The position numbers were made by a program, and so were the translations under genes. Below the pieces are notes generated by a model that made no database searches, had not been told where the DNA came from, and saw only the letters and a program-made list of their open reading frames with translations. Positions 40,835-51,470 of a stretch of DNA of 64,000 bases are shown here, piece by piece (position 1 is the stretch's first letter; the number at the start of each line of letters is the position of its first letter). The stretch comes from an uncultured delta proteobacterium. Lineage in GTDB: Bacteria; Desulfobacterota; Desulfomonilia; Desulfomonilales; Desulfomonilaceae. The DNA is taken from the NCBI GenBank assembly GCA_963747865.1, contig CAVVHK010000109.1, positions 1-64,000 on the forward strand. Reading direction: 5' to 3'.

Positions 40835-41989
40835 TTGAATCCGAATTGCATTTCTATGATCTTTTTGCCCACGCTCAAATGCAATGCGGCATGCGAGTAC
40901 TGTTTCGAACATAAGACAGATGAAGTGATGTCCACAGCAAGATTCGCGACGTTGCTCACAAAGCTGCTGGACTACTTGGAAGTCGCGGGCCTGGGAGGCG
41001 CAAAGATATTCTGGCAAGGCGGAGAAATCCTGACCATGGACCCGGCCTGGTTCGATGAGGCTTTGGCGCTGATCAACAAACAGGCCGAGGAACGAGGGCT
41101 CCGCATCGACAACGAATTGCAGACCAATCTCGTCGGCTACTCCCCTCGCTGGAATGCAGTTATAAAGCATATGTTTCTGAATCAATTGGGCTCATCACTG
41201 GATTTCCCCAATCTCCACCGGAAACTTCCCGGCGGTAAGCCTGAAGAATTCAACAGCTTGTGGCTCAAGAAATACCGAGAAGCTCGCTCCAACGGAATAG
41301 CCGTTGGGGTAATAACGCTACCCAACAGAGCCACGCTAAAGGTCGGACCGGAAGATTTTTATCATTATTTTACTCAAGAGATCGGACTAACCGGATTTCA
41401 GGTCAATTCCCCCTTTCCGGGCGGGCCCGCGAGCGATCACAAGGATAGGCTTCTTCCGGATATGGACGAATATGCGCGCTTCTGCGTGGGTCTAATAGAC
41501 GTTTGGCTAAAAGAAGGATACCCGCGTGGAATAGGCATTTCTCCCTATGATGGGATTCTGCATTATTTCCGAACAGGCGGATTGTCGATGCTGCTATGTG
41601 GAATGCAGGCGGATTGTAGCCGGAATTTTTTCGCCGTAGATCCTTACGGTAATGTTTCCCAATGTGATTGCTGGGTTACGAGCTACCCTGAATTTCATTT
41701 CGGAAATGTTTTCCGGGACCACTCTCTTCAGGAAATTCTGGATAGTCCAGTAAGGGCGCGTTTTAGTAGTCGACCGATCGAGATAATTGAAAATGAAGAT
41801 TGCATAGAATGCGATTATCTATCGATATGTCACGGCGGTTGCGCTATTCGCGCATATTCGGCCACGGGCCGCTTCACCTCCAAAGATTCGTATTGTGAAT
41901 TCTACAAGAAGATATTCTCCAGGCTGGAACGGGCTTCCGTCGAAATAGCAGCGGGGAAATATAAGAGAGAAGATAAAATCCCCGCGTGA
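40835..41989 (+). CDS. Radical SAM/SPASM-domain enzyme (anSME-like peptide-modifying family)
   Basis: rSAM cluster 'CNAACEYC'. Auxiliary-cluster Cys residues 'CGMQADCSRNFFAVDPYGNVSQCDCW'. Canonical SPASM 'CIECDYLSICHGGC' (CX2CX5CX3C). Confidence 0.85.
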   Translation: MNPNCISMIFLPTLKCNAACEYCFEHKTDEVMSTARFATLLTKLLDYLEVAGLGGAKIFWQGGEILTMDPAWFDEALALINKQAEERGLRIDNELQTNLVGYSPRWNAVIKHMFLNQLGSSLDFPNLHRKLPGGKPEEFNSLWLKKYREARSNGIAVGVITLPNRATLKVGPEDFYHYFTQEIGLTGFQVNSPFPGGPASDHKDRLLPDMDEYARFCVGLIDVWLKEGYPRGIGISPYDGILHYFRTGGLSMLLCGMQADCSRNFFAVDPYGNVSQCDCWVTSYPEFHFGNVFRDHSLQEILDSPVRARFSSRPIEIIENEDCIECDYLSICHGGCAIRAYSATGRFTSKDSYCEFYKKIFSRLERASVEIAAGKYKREDKIPA

Positions 41990-42232
41990 ATTTGCAAGCA
42001 TGAACGTCTAAGCGCTGCTTTTCATAAATACGGTCGCGGATTTAACGGGGATATGGCTACGGGATTGGCCTCGTAGAGGCGGGTTTTACGCCCGCCCCCA
42101 CACAGCGTCGGGAGGAACCCCGTATGGCGCGCGCCGGGGAATTTCGGCATTACCAGGAGCTTTGAGCTGACACCCGGCCTAATCTGTGACCGAATTTACG
42201 AAAACGAGCGCCAAGTTACCAACGCCTGCGCC

Positions 42233-42694
42233 TTACTTGGCTCCTTTGGATTTCAGGATCTCGACAATCTTGGGACGTCCCGCTACCGTGGCCAGCATCA
42301 ACGCTGTGGCTCCGCCTTGATTCTTTGCATTGATGTCCGCGCCTTTTTCCAACAAATAGGTCACTATTTCCGCTTTATCTTTGGTCGCAGCCTCCATTAA
42401 AGCGGTCAAGCCCCGTTCGTTTTGAGCGTTGACTTGCGCCCCGTTTTCCACGAGCAACTTCACAACATCCAAATGGCCTTCTCGGGCCGTCTCGATCAGG
42501 ATTGTGTTGCCTTTACCGTCTTTGGTGTTGACGTCGGCGCCCTTGGCGATCAATTCTTTCACTTTACCGGCTTCCCCTTCCATCGCGGCCACGGTTAGGG
42601 AGTATTCCAACTCTCCGCCAAAAGCTTGGCCATAAACTATCCCGGAGAATAAGAGCGCCGTTAAGGCGACCACACAGGGTATACTTTTCCTCAT
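42233..42694 (-). CDS. Secreted ankyrin-repeat protein
   Basis: GGAGG RBS. Signal peptide 'MRKSIPCVVALTALLFSGIVYGQA'. Four ankyrin repeats ('GADVNTKDGKGNTILIETAREGHLDVVKLLVENGA...'). Confidence 0.8.
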   Translation of the reverse strand: MRKSIPCVVALTALLFSGIVYGQAFGGELEYSLTVAAMEGEAGKVKELIAKGADVNTKDGKGNTILIETAREGHLDVVKLLVENGAQVNAQNERGLTALMEAATKDKAEIVTYLLEKGADINAKNQGGATALMLATVAGRPKIVEILKSKGAK

Positions 42695-42943
42695 TGTTCC
42701 TCCAAAAAACAATGTCAATCTTGGGTATTGTTTAGGGCTAGAGAGAAATCCCCTTTTCTCCACAAGAAAGGTCAAGTCAGCCCCAAATTTCCGAGCCAAA
42801 TTCAGCCCACACTCCAGGAAATATACCACAAAACGTTCCGTATTTAAGCCGTCTTTTTGCAGTGGAGCCAAAATGACGTTGATGCGGAAAACAAACTCTC
42901 GTATTTAGAGACTACACTAATTTGTCAAACCACGGAGGAGACA

Positions 42944-43706
42944 ATGAATCAAGTCGATTTGTCCGGTAAAGTCGCTGTAGTCACCGGCGCCGGAAAGGGT
43001 ATAGGTAGAGCAATAGCCTTGGGCCTGGCCGGTTCGGGGGCGAAGGTCGTTTCTGGCTTCGAGGACTGAGCAGGACATTGAAGAAGTCGCAGGCGCCATA
43101 CGCGCCGCCGGAGGAGAGGCTCTTGCAAAAACGACCGATTTAATGCACAGTGACCAGATTAATGCGCTCGTGGACACCACCTTGAGCGCATACGGCGGGA
43201 TCGATATCCTGGTGAACAACGCTGCCCGAAGCTTCCTGAGGCCTCTCATCGATCTGCGGGAAGACGGATTTGACAAGATTTTCGCTACGAATGTGAAGGC
43301 TCCTTTCTTGCTGAGCCGTTCCGCGGCGAAGATAATGGCGTCGCGCGGTGGAGGTCGTATTGTCAATGTTACCACCATCGGGGCAGAGCGCGGCGGACCC
43401 ATGATGGGCGCTTATTATGCGAGTAAAGCCGCTCTCAAGATGCTAACCATGTGCATGGCCGTTGAGTGGGCGCCCATGAACGTGCTGGTAAACGCCGTGG
43501 GACCAGGGATGACTCGAACCCACTTTAGCGAACCTATCTGGTCGAACCCCGAGATCGAGAAACAAATAGTCACTAGGATTCCCCAGGGCAGATTAGCTGA
43601 TCCTGAGGATATAGTCGGCGCCGTGCTCTTCTTATGCTCAAGCGCCGCCGGATTTATTACCGGCCAGACTATTTATGTGGATGGCGGGGCTTTGGCCAAT
43701 TCGTAG
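42944..43706 (+). CDS. Short-chain dehydrogenase/reductase (SDR). It has one frameshift near 43060.
   Basis: '[28 protein letters not shown]' (TGxxxGxG). In a second frame: 'NAARSF', catalytic '[11 protein letters not shown]', 'PGMTRT'. Confidence 0.75.
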
Positions 43707-43724
43707 CATATACATGGAGGAAAG

Positions 43725-44861
43725 ATGACTTACGCTGACCCTTGGGCGCCTTTTTTCAAGGCGGCGTCGTCCCCCTGGCAGGAGGCTCGCAGCCGGAAAC
43801 TCACGGACGGAACCAAGATTGTCGCGCACCTGCTTCCGGACGTTCCGCCTGAAATCATCTTTGCCTCGGGCGCTTTGCCTGTAGCTCTAAAAGGCGCCGG
43901 GGTCCAGATTTCCCACGCGTCCGCTCACATACCGGGTTATACGTGCAGTCACGCCATGGGAGCATTGGAACTCGGGTTAAGGGGCGAACTGAACTTCATC
44001 GACGGAATGATTATCCCGTATGTGTGCGATACTACTCGTAATCTGTTTCACATTTGGAATCATTGTTTTCCGGACATAAAGAATGAATTCCTTCGTGTGC
44101 CGAAACGCATGGACATCAAGGGCGCCGAAGACTACCTTCTCGCGGAATACAAACGGCTTTTCGCCTCTTTGAGCGACCTTTGCGGTCAGGCTCCTGATTT
44201 GGAGAGGTTGCGGGACGCCAATTCGTTGTACGACAAGAGTCGGGCAAGGTTGAGGCAAGCCTACAACCTTCATCGCGCTAACCCCCATACGTGGACAGCG
44301 GCAAGGGTCCAGGCTCTCATCGCTTCTTTCTATGTGTCCCCTGTCCGCGAACACGCCGCCTGGCTGGACTCCCTTCCATGGGAGGACCAGACATGCGCTC
44401 AAACTCCGGAGCATATTTCCCTGTACGTCAAGGGCAAGATCTGGGACCCGCCAGGCCTGTTAGACCTGCTGGACGGGCTGGGATTCATGATCGTCGGAGA
44501 CGAAATTGTTAACGGATACAGATGCATAGAACAGGATTGCGGGGATGAAGAAGATCCGCTGCGCGCCCTTGTGGCTCGACATTTCAGGACGACGCCGTAC
44601 GCTGGATACCATCTGAATCCTGAAGCGATAGTCAGTCGATTTGTCAACCGTGTGAAAGATAGCCAAGCTGCTGGGGTTATTTTCCTTAACCCCAAGTTTT
44701 GCGAGGCCGCCGGATTCGACACCCCTGACTTTAAAACGGCCCTGGACGGGCTAAGCATCCCGAACCTGATATTGGAGACATCGGCGAGAGGACTCTCCGT
44801 GGACCAGATCAGGCTCAGATTGGAAGCTTTCAAAGAGATAATGGTCGGGGACCTGCTTTGA
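43725..44861 (+). CDS. 2-hydroxyacyl-CoA dehydratase / benzoyl-CoA reductase family subunit (HgdB/BcrB-like)
   Basis: 378 aa. The 'CDTTRNLFH' Cys motif and overall similarity to the D-component beta subunits. Confidence 0.7.
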   Translation: MTYADPWAPFFKAASSPWQEARSRKLTDGTKIVAHLLPDVPPEIIFASGALPVALKGAGVQISHASAHIPGYTCSHAMGALELGLRGELNFIDGMIIPYVCDTTRNLFHIWNHCFPDIKNEFLRVPKRMDIKGAEDYLLAEYKRLFASLSDLCGQAPDLERLRDANSLYDKSRARLRQAYNLHRANPHTWTAARVQALIASFYVSPVREHAAWLDSLPWEDQTCAQTPEHISLYVKGKIWDPPGLLDLLDGLGFMIVGDEIVNGYRCIEQDCGDEEDPLRALVARHFRTTPYAGYHLNPEAIVSRFVNRVKDSQAAGVIFLNPKFCEAAGFDTPDFKTALDGLSIPNLILETSARGLSVDQIRLRLEAFKEIMVGDLL

Positions 44862-44893
44862 TCTGAAATTCGTCAGTCCTGTGGAGGTGATAT

Positions 44894-46096
44894 TTGCAGC
44901 CCATTGAGACATTGAAGCAGTTAAAGAAAATTAACATAGATTACTATGGCGGCGCTCACGCAGCCAGACAGCAGGGCAAGTTCATCGCGTACGTGAACGC
45001 CTTCACTCCGGTGGAGTTGCTGTACGCGATGGACATGATCCCGATATATCCGGAAAACCACGCTGTGATCCTGGGGGCGAGAAAGCTCTCGGCGGAAGTC
45101 GCCGGAGCCGCCGAAGGCATGGGCTATTCACCGGACTTGTGCTCGTACGCCCGCTGCGATCTTGGTTCCATAAAGACGGGACTAAGCCCCACTTGGGGAT
45201 TGCCCAAGCCTGATCTCATAGTAATTTCAAATAGTCAGTGCGGCACCCTGACCAAATGGTTCGAAGTGCTGAGCAGGCTATACAAGGCGCCCATGTTCCT
45301 GATCGATGTCCCGCATTCGGGCGAAGGGGAGCCGGATCAGGCGGGCGAAAAATACGTGCGAGGCCAACTCGAAGACCTTGTGGCGGTGGTGTCAAAAATT
45401 ACCGGAAAAAATCTGGACCAAAATCGTCTCGCGGATACGATAGCCTTGTCCAGGGAGGCTTCGGCGCTTTGGACAAAGGTGCTGGAGGCAGGGTCGGCAA
45501 GACCAACTCCTATGACGGTCTTTGACCAGTTTATCTCAATGGCGCCGATCGTGGCCCAAAGGGGAACAATGGTCCCTGTGGATTTCTATCGGGATCTACT
45601 CACCGAACTGGAACAGCGGGTCGAAAAAGGGATCGGGGCATGCGCCCAGGAGAAGTTCAGACTCTTCTGGGATAATTTGCCGATTTGGCCGGAGCTCCGG
45701 AGATTATCGGAGTTTTTGGAAGACCACGGGGCCGCCCTTGTAACATCTTTGTACACATGGGCCTGGGCGAGATTGTCGGTAGGCCTGGAAGACCCGATCG
45801 GAGATTGGACCAAGCAGTATCTGTACACCGCTAACCTGCATTTGAAACGCCGAGCCACGGAATATATTGAATTTGCCGAGAAATACCAACTGGACGGGTT
45901 TCTGTATCATTCAAATCGTAGCTGCAAGTTCGTTTCTCAAGACATTCCCGAGGTAAGACGGATTGTCACTGACAAAACAGGCATACCAGGGGTAATACTC
46001 GAAGCCGACCATAACGACCCTCGACTTTATACGATCGAATCGCTGGAAACGCAGATAGAAAGTTTCCTGGAGCTTCTCGCCGACAGGAAGAAGTAG
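44894..46096 (+). CDS. 2-hydroxyacyl-CoA dehydratase / benzoyl-CoA reductase family subunit (HgdA/BcrC-like)
   Basis: 'CSYARCDLG', 'ISNSQCGTLTKWFEVL' and 'YHSNRSCKF' are the conserved cysteines of the HgdA/HadB alpha subunits. It sits adjacent to its partner subunit. Confidence 0.7.
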   Translation: MQPIETLKQLKKINIDYYGGAHAARQQGKFIAYVNAFTPVELLYAMDMIPIYPENHAVILGARKLSAEVAGAAEGMGYSPDLCSYARCDLGSIKTGLSPTWGLPKPDLIVISNSQCGTLTKWFEVLSRLYKAPMFLIDVPHSGEGEPDQAGEKYVRGQLEDLVAVVSKITGKNLDQNRLADTIALSREASALWTKVLEAGSARPTPMTVFDQFISMAPIVAQRGTMVPVDFYRDLLTELEQRVEKGIGACAQEKFRLFWDNLPIWPELRRLSEFLEDHGAALVTSLYTWAWARLSVGLEDPIGDWTKQYLYTANLHLKRRATEYIEFAEKYQLDGFLYHSNRSCKFVSQDIPEVRRIVTDKTGIPGVILEADHNDPRLYTIESLETQIESFLELLADRKK

Positions 46097-46134
46097 AAAG
46101 GGGCGGCATACCGTAAGAGCTCAAAGAGGAATTG

Positions 46135-46275
46135 CCGGAGAGAAACTTCTTGGAAGAAGTGTCCCTCCAGACCCCCCTTCAAGAGCTTCCAATATTGCCG
46201 GCACGAGGTTTCCGATTCCCTCCCCCGAAGCGGGGAGTCCCATTGAGTAGCCATGGGTGAAACCCATGGAGAGGA
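46135..46275. repeat. Composite MITE-like element, family B (family A palindrome ccggagagaaacttcttggaagaagtgtccctccag + ccccttcaagagcttccaatat + cccccgaagcgggg + gtagccatgggtgaaacccatgg)
   Basis: Same module order as 28239..28390. Confidence 0.7.
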
Positions 46276-46345
46276 TGACCAACAATTTTCTTTCGCTTCG
46301 CTCAAACCTCCCACGGGATCTCCTCCCTTGAACGAGGACCAACGC

Positions 46346-46675
46346 ATGCACTGGCTTTATCTGGCCATCGCCATCGGATCTGAAGTTATCGCAACTTCGG
46401 CTCTAAAGGCCGCCGATGGTTTCACTCGATGGTTTCCATCATTGCTGGTTGTTGTCGGCTACGCCTCCGCGTTCTATTTCCTCTCACTTTGCCTGCGCAC
46501 AATACCACTCGGAGTTTCCTACGCCATTTGGTCAGGCGTTGGAGTGGCGTTGGTTTCATTAATTGGTTGGGCTCTCTATGGTCAGTCGCTCGACCTACCC
46601 GCGGTGATCGGCATCGCGCTCATAATCGCAGGGGTCGCCGTTCTAAACCTATTTTCCGGCGCGGCGCCTCATTGA
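46346..46675 (+). CDS. Small multidrug resistance (SMR/EmrE-QacE family) transporter
   Basis: 109 aa, 4 TM helices. 'YLAIAIGSEVIATSALKAADGF' carries the conserved membrane Glu. 'GVSYAIWSGVGVALVSLIGW'. Confidence 0.85.
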   Translation: MHWLYLAIAIGSEVIATSALKAADGFTRWFPSLLVVVGYASAFYFLSLCLRTIPLGVSYAIWSGVGVALVSLIGWALYGQSLDLPAVIGIALIIAGVAVLNLFSGAAPH

Positions 46676-46928
46676 GATCCCGCAGGATGCGTTTCGCTCC
46701 GCTCAACACATCCTGCGGGACTTTAGTAATAAAATTAACCAACTAATTGTTCAAGCTCAAACTGAGCCTTTGGAAAAAGTTTGAGGGCCTTCACGGCATT
46801 CCAAATTTACTGCTAAACAATCATCCAGACGCCATTACCGCATGTCGCGTTTCGCACGCCTCGCGGAAAGCGGGTTTGTTGGATCTCCCTCTTCAACCAT
46901 GGCCTTCAAGATTGCTCTTTCCTCAATG

Positions 46929-47336
46929 CTAGGGATGATTCCCTTGACAGTCGCTGTGAGTACCGATGATCTCGTCTTGGTTCCGAAACTCTACCCGTGC
47001 TGTGGCGCGACATTTGTTGTCGATCTCGATGAAAGTCCAGCGGCAGGTCACCGTATCACCAAAGTAGACGGGTTTTTTGAAGGCGAAGTCCATGTGGGAG
47101 GCCACCACGCCGATCTGGCCTCCGATTTCGGTAAGCATGCTCCCCACGAGTAGGCCGTGACAGATCGTGCCGCGGAACTTCTTTGCCCGAGCGAATCGAT
47201 CTTCGAAATGGACTGGATTGTAATCTCCTGATATGTTGGCAAATTGTATCATGTCTTGTTCAGTAAAGGTGCGCGATACGGAAAATTCGTCTCCCACTTT
47301 GATGCCGTCAATGGTTCTCTGTCTTATGCTTGTCAT
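46929..47336 (-). CDS. MaoC-like (R)-specific enoyl-CoA hydratase/dehydratase
   Basis: 'FANISGDYNPVHFEDRFA...GTICHGLL' hot-dog fold motif. Confidence 0.75.
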   Translation of the reverse strand: MTSIRQRTIDGIKVGDEFSVSRTFTEQDMIQFANISGDYNPVHFEDRFARAKKFRGTICHGLLVGSMLTEIGGQIGVVASHMDFAFKKPVYFGDTVTCRWTFIEIDNKCRATARVEFRNQDEIIGTHSDCQGNHP

Positions 47337-47574
47337 TTTGAAGTCCAGTTCTATGTGCTGCACGGATATGGATTTCCCTTGCGAGACGCGGCGCTTGTGA
47401 ACGCACAGCCGCAATAATCGGTACATTTATAGAACAGGACTTCAGTTGCCGCAATCCTATGTTTGCCGTATTCTTTTCTTCTTGTCGTTCCCAGGCTCCA
47501 GTCTCCTACTCGAATCCGGAACCGGAGTTCTAAAGAGTGGCGTGAAGTGGTCGGTTGGCGCGGAGTTCGACCCG

Positions 47575-47859
47575 CTTCGGGGTCGAAGACGGGATCTGTT
47601 GCTGTTCGCTTCCATGGGCTCAGCCCATGGCTACCCAAGGAAGAACGTCCCTTCAGGACGTCAAAGCCGTAAAGGCCCTGCCCCACAACAAATCGGCTTA
47701 AGTCACAAGAATTGAGGCCTGGGGTGGGGCTCCCCTGAAGTGGACGGCGCTTATACCGGGAAGCGCTGTAAACCCGTTGGTCCGTTGATCCGATTGCTGG
47801 AGTTTTTTGAAGGAGGGTCCGGGAGGAAACCTTTTTGTGCAAAAGAGGTTTCCTCCCGG
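47575..47859. repeat. Composite family B element in reverse orientation, ending in the family A palindrome ccgggaggaaacctttttgtgcaaaagaggtttcctcccgg (47819..47859)
   Basis: ccgcttcggggtc...ccatgggctcagcccatggctac matches reverse complements of the 28.3 kb and 46.2 kb modules. Confidence 0.65.
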
Positions 47860-47876
47860 ATAAATCTTGCCGCTTT

Positions 47877-48674
47877 TCACGCCAGCGCTGCCTTCATCTC
47901 CGAAACCCATTTCGCTAGGCCTGCTTGCCCGCCGTTGGCTATTTTCGAGACGATAGCGCTGCCCACGACGACTCCATCTACGTAAGGCTTCAGCATCGAG
48001 GCATGCTCAGGGGTAGCAACGCCGAATCCCACCACCAACGGCAGCTTCGTGGCGTTGCGAATTTTCTCGCACTGTGCGGTCACGTCCGGCGGCAAATCGT
48101 TTCGGGCTCCCGTCACCCCCAATACCGAAACATAGTAGAGGAAGCCGGAGCCTTCCTCGTCCATCTTTTGTATGCGGTCAAAAGGTGTGGTCGGAGTGAT
48201 CAAATATATCCAGGCAAGGCCGGCCTTGTCCGTGACCGGTTTCAACCAGTGAGCTTCCTCCATGGGCAGGTCAACGATCAAAACTCCATTGACCCCGACC
48301 TCGGCGGCCCGAGCTGCAAAACGTTCGGGGCCGTATTTGTGTATCGGGTTGAAATAGCTGAAGAAAACTATGGGGGTATTCGAATGGTTACGGATTTCGC
48401 CTACCATGTCAAAAGCCTTGTCCATTGTTATGCCGTTGCGAATGGCCTGGGTGGCGGCGTTCTGAATGACGGGCCCGTCGGCCACAGGGTCCGAAAACGG
48501 GTATCCGAATTCGAGGATGTCGCCTTCGGCCAAGTCCAGAAAAGCCTCCAGAGATTTGCCGTAATCAGGGAAACCGGCGACGGTAAAGGGCACGAAGCCG
48601 GTTTTTCCATCACGCTTCAGAGCAGCGAATACGCTATCTATTGATTTCATGTTACGTCCAATCTGCTCGGTCAC
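47877..48674 (-). CDS. trpA: Tryptophan synthase alpha subunit
   Basis: '[12 protein letters not shown]...[19 protein letters not shown]' matches TrpA. GTGA overlap with the trpB stop. Confidence 0.9.
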   Translation of the reverse strand: MTEQIGRNMKSIDSVFAALKRDGKTGFVPFTVAGFPDYGKSLEAFLDLAEGDILEFGYPFSDPVADGPVIQNAATQAIRNGITMDKAFDMVGEIRNHSNTPIVFFSYFNPIHKYGPERFAARAAEVGVNGVLIVDLPMEEAHWLKPVTDKAGLAWIYLITPTTPFDRIQKMDEEGSGFLYYVSVLGVTGARNDLPPDVTAQCEKIRNATKLPLVVGFGVATPEHASMLKPYVDGVVVGSAIVSKIANGGQAGLAKWVSEMKAALA

Positions 48675-49876
48675 TTCCCGAACCTATTTTCAATTATGGG
48701 CATGTCCTTGTCGCCTCGTCCTGAAAGATTAACTATGCATATGTCGTCCTTGGACATCCCGGGAAGCTCTTTCATGGCTTGGGCTAAAGCGTGTGAAGAC
48801 TCCAGCGCGGGGATGATCCCTTCCAGGCGGCACAAAAGCGAAAACGCTTCCAAAGCCTCATCATCCGTGATGGAAACGTACCTGGCTCGTCCGGTAGTCC
48901 GTAAAAGAGAATGTTCCGGACCGACGCCCGGATAGTCCAGACCCGCGGATATAGAATGGGCCTCCTGAACCTGGCCGTTTTCATCCTGGAGGACATAAGA
49001 CCGCGATCCGTGGAACACTCCGGTTTCACCCGCGCAAAGTGTGGCGCCGTGTTTGCCGGACTCTATACCGAGCCCGCCCGCTTCTACCCCGATTAGCTCC
49101 ACCTTGTCATTCAGGAAGGCATGGAATATGCCGGCCGCATTACTGCCACCGCCAACGCATGCGATAACTTTGTTCGGCGCCCTGCCTTCTTTCTCCAAGA
49201 CCTGGCGGCGAGCTTCACGGCCTATCACGGCCTGGAAATGCCTCACCATCAAGGGATAAGGGTGAGGTCCGGCCACAGAGCCGATGACATAAAAGGTATC
49301 GCGCACGTTGGTGGCCCAATATCGCATCGCCTCGCTCATGGCGTCTTTCAGAGTAGCGCTGCCCGCCGTGACGGGGATAACCTCGGTCCCCATGAGCTTC
49401 ATTCGAAATACGTTCGGGGCTTGCCGCCGTATATCCTCTTCGCCCATGAATACTTTGCATTCCATACCCATGAGGGCGGCCGCGGCCGCAGTGGCGACTC
49501 CGTGCTGACCTGCGCCGGTTTCGGCGATTACCTTGCTCTTGCCCATCTTCTTGGCCAGGAGGACCTGTCCAAGAGTATTGTTGATCTTGTGGGCTCCGGT
49601 ATGGAGCAGGTCTTCCCTCTTCAGATAAATCTTTGCGGCGCCCAAATGTTTTGAGAATCGCTCCGCGAAGAAGAGGGGAGTTTCTCTGCCGGCGTAATTC
49701 TGCAGAAGGTTGTCCAATGCGTAGTTGAAAGGGGCCGAGTCAACATTTTTGAAGAAGGCCTCTTCCAGCTCAAGAAGAGGCGTGATCAAAGTCTCAGGAA
49801 CAAATCTGCCTCCGAACTCTCCGAAATATCCTTCGCCGTCAGGCAATGTTGCGGTGATCAACGCTGCGCGCTGCAT
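48671..49876 (-). CDS. trpB: Tryptophan synthase beta subunit
   Basis: 'GGRFVPETL', '[16 protein letters not shown]' (PLP lysine), 'GGGSNAAG'. Confidence 0.95.
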   Translation of the reverse strand: MQRAALITATLPDGEGYFGEFGGRFVPETLITPLLELEEAFFKNVDSAPFNYALDNLLQNYAGRETPLFFAERFSKHLGAAKIYLKREDLLHTGAHKINNTLGQVLLAKKMGKSKVIAETGAGQHGVATAAAAALMGMECKVFMGEEDIRRQAPNVFRMKLMGTEVIPVTAGSATLKDAMSEAMRYWATNVRDTFYVIGSVAGPHPYPLMVRHFQAVIGREARRQVLEKEGRAPNKVIACVGGGSNAAGIFHAFLNDKVELIGVEAGGLGIESGKHGATLCAGETGVFHGSRSYVLQDENGQVQEAHSISAGLDYPGVGPEHSLLRTTGRARYVSITDDEALEAFSLLCRLEGIIPALESSHALAQAMKELPGMSKDDICIVNLSGRGDKDMPIIENRFGK

Positions 49877-50486
49877 ATATGAACTCCTTTATCTTATCCG
49901 AATCCTTCTTGCCCGGAGACGCTTCCACTCCTGAGGAAACATCTACGGCAGCGGGTTGAATGGTTTCGATCGCTTCCGCCACGTTCGAGGGTGTGAGTCC
50001 GCCTGCCAGTATCAGTTTTCTCGCGGCGGAGGGAGGTTGTTGGAGAAGCTGTCGGCGCAGTTCTCTCCAATCCAAGGCTATGCCCGTTCCTCCCCATTGA
50101 TTTGGGACTCCGGTATCGACCAATACTGCCGTCGTGGGCCAATCGGAAATTACCGGCAGCGGATTTTCAGCGTTAAATCTGAACGCCTTGACAACAGGCA
50201 GAGAATACCCGCTTGCCTCGGCTACGCTTTCCGTTCCGTGCAACTGGATTATGCCAATGCCGGTCTTTGACACGATTTCTTCCACTTCCGGCCTCGGTGG
50301 GTTCACGAAAACTCCGACCGCAGAGACAAAAGGCGGCAATCGTTTGATAATTCCGGCCGCGGTTTCGGGCGCCACGTATCTGGAAGACTGGTTAAAGAAT
50401 ACGAAACCCAAGGCGTCCGCTCCAGCGTCAACTGCCGCAAAGGCGTCTTTCTCGGATGTTATGCCGCAAATTTTGATCCGGATCAT
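49839..50486 (-). CDS. trpF: Phosphoribosylanthranilate isomerase
   Basis: '[27 protein letters not shown]' matches TrpF. Confidence 0.9.
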   Translation of the reverse strand: MIRIKICGITSEKDAFAAVDAGADALGFVFFNQSSRYVAPETAAGIIKRLPPFVSAVGVFVNPPRPEVEEIVSKTGIGIIQLHGTESVAEASGYSLPVVKAFRFNAENPLPVISDWPTTAVLVDTGVPNQWGGTGIALDWRELRRQLLQQPPSAARKLILAGGLTPSNVAEAIETIQPAAVDVSSGVEASPGKKDSDKIKEFIYAARSVDHRNIA

Positions 50487-50684
50487 GTGTTTACGCTCGC
50501 TTATAGTCGGCACCATCTTCGGTCGTTTGTTTCACCGGCGCCCGGGAACAAGACGAAAACCGAACCCCCTAAATCCCCCTTATCAGGGGGACTTCCTATT
50601 CCCCCCTGATAAACGGGGGCAGGGGGGTTGGCCTTTTCGTGACCGAATAAGGCGCCGGATTTTAGAAACAAAGCGCTCAGCCCA

Positions 50685-51467
50685 TCACCTACCCAGCAAC
50701 TCCCTTATCTTCGCCCCTGGATCGGGCGACCTTACGAGCGTCTCCCCGATAAGGAACACCGAAGCCCCAGCTTTAAGAATGTCTTCACGGGTTTTGATCC
50801 CGCTCTCGGACACCACGATTTTGTCCTTGGGAATATGCTCGATTGCTCTAAGCGTGGCGTCCAGATTCATTGAAAAGGTTTTCAGGTTACGGTTGTTTAC
50901 GCCGATAATCCTGGACTCCGCTTCCAGCGCTATATCAATTTCAGCGATTTCATGGGTCTCGACCAAAGGCTCCATACCCAGCGATCTGCCGAATTTCAGC
51001 AGCCGCGTCAGAGTAGCTCCATCCAATAGCCCGCTTATGAGCAGGAAGGAATCCGCGCCATACGCGCGGGCTTCGAAAATTTGATATTCGTCGAGGATAA
51101 AATCCTTCCTTAAAATAGGTTTGTCCACAACCTTTCGTACTGCCGCTAAATCTCCGATAGAGCCCTTGAAATGATCTTGTTCCGTCAATACCGAGATAGC
51201 CGACGCGCCACCTTCGACATAGCGCTTCGCCGTGGCTGCCGGGTCCAGGTCCGGGGCTATATCGCCCTTGGACGGAGAGGCTTTCTTTATCTCGGCGATT
51301 ATGTGGACACCGGGCTTGGACAATGCCGAGACAAAGTCCAAAGGCGGCGCTTGCCCGGCAGCCAGCCGTTCCAGCTCGGCAAGAGAGACCGCCTTCTTTT
51401 CTTTCTCCAGACGCTCTCGTCTAACAGCGGCGATTTTTTCCAGTATATTAACCATAATTTTGCTCAC
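50685..51467 (-). CDS. trpC: Indole-3-glycerol-phosphate synthase
   Basis: 'IAEIKKASPSKG', 'ISVLTE', 'ILRKDFILDEYQI', 'IGVNNRNL' match TrpC. Confidence 0.9.
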   Translation of the reverse strand: MSKIMVNILEKIAAVRRERLEKEKKAVSLAELERLAAGQAPPLDFVSALSKPGVHIIAEIKKASPSKGDIAPDLDPAATAKRYVEGGASAISVLTEQDHFKGSIGDLAAVRKVVDKPILRKDFILDEYQIFEARAYGADSFLLISGLLDGATLTRLLKFGRSLGMEPLVETHEIAEIDIALEAESRIIGVNNRNLKTFSMNLDATLRAIEHIPKDKIVVSESGIKTREDILKAGASVFLIGETLVRSPDPGAKIRELLGR

Positions 51468-51470
51468 GTT

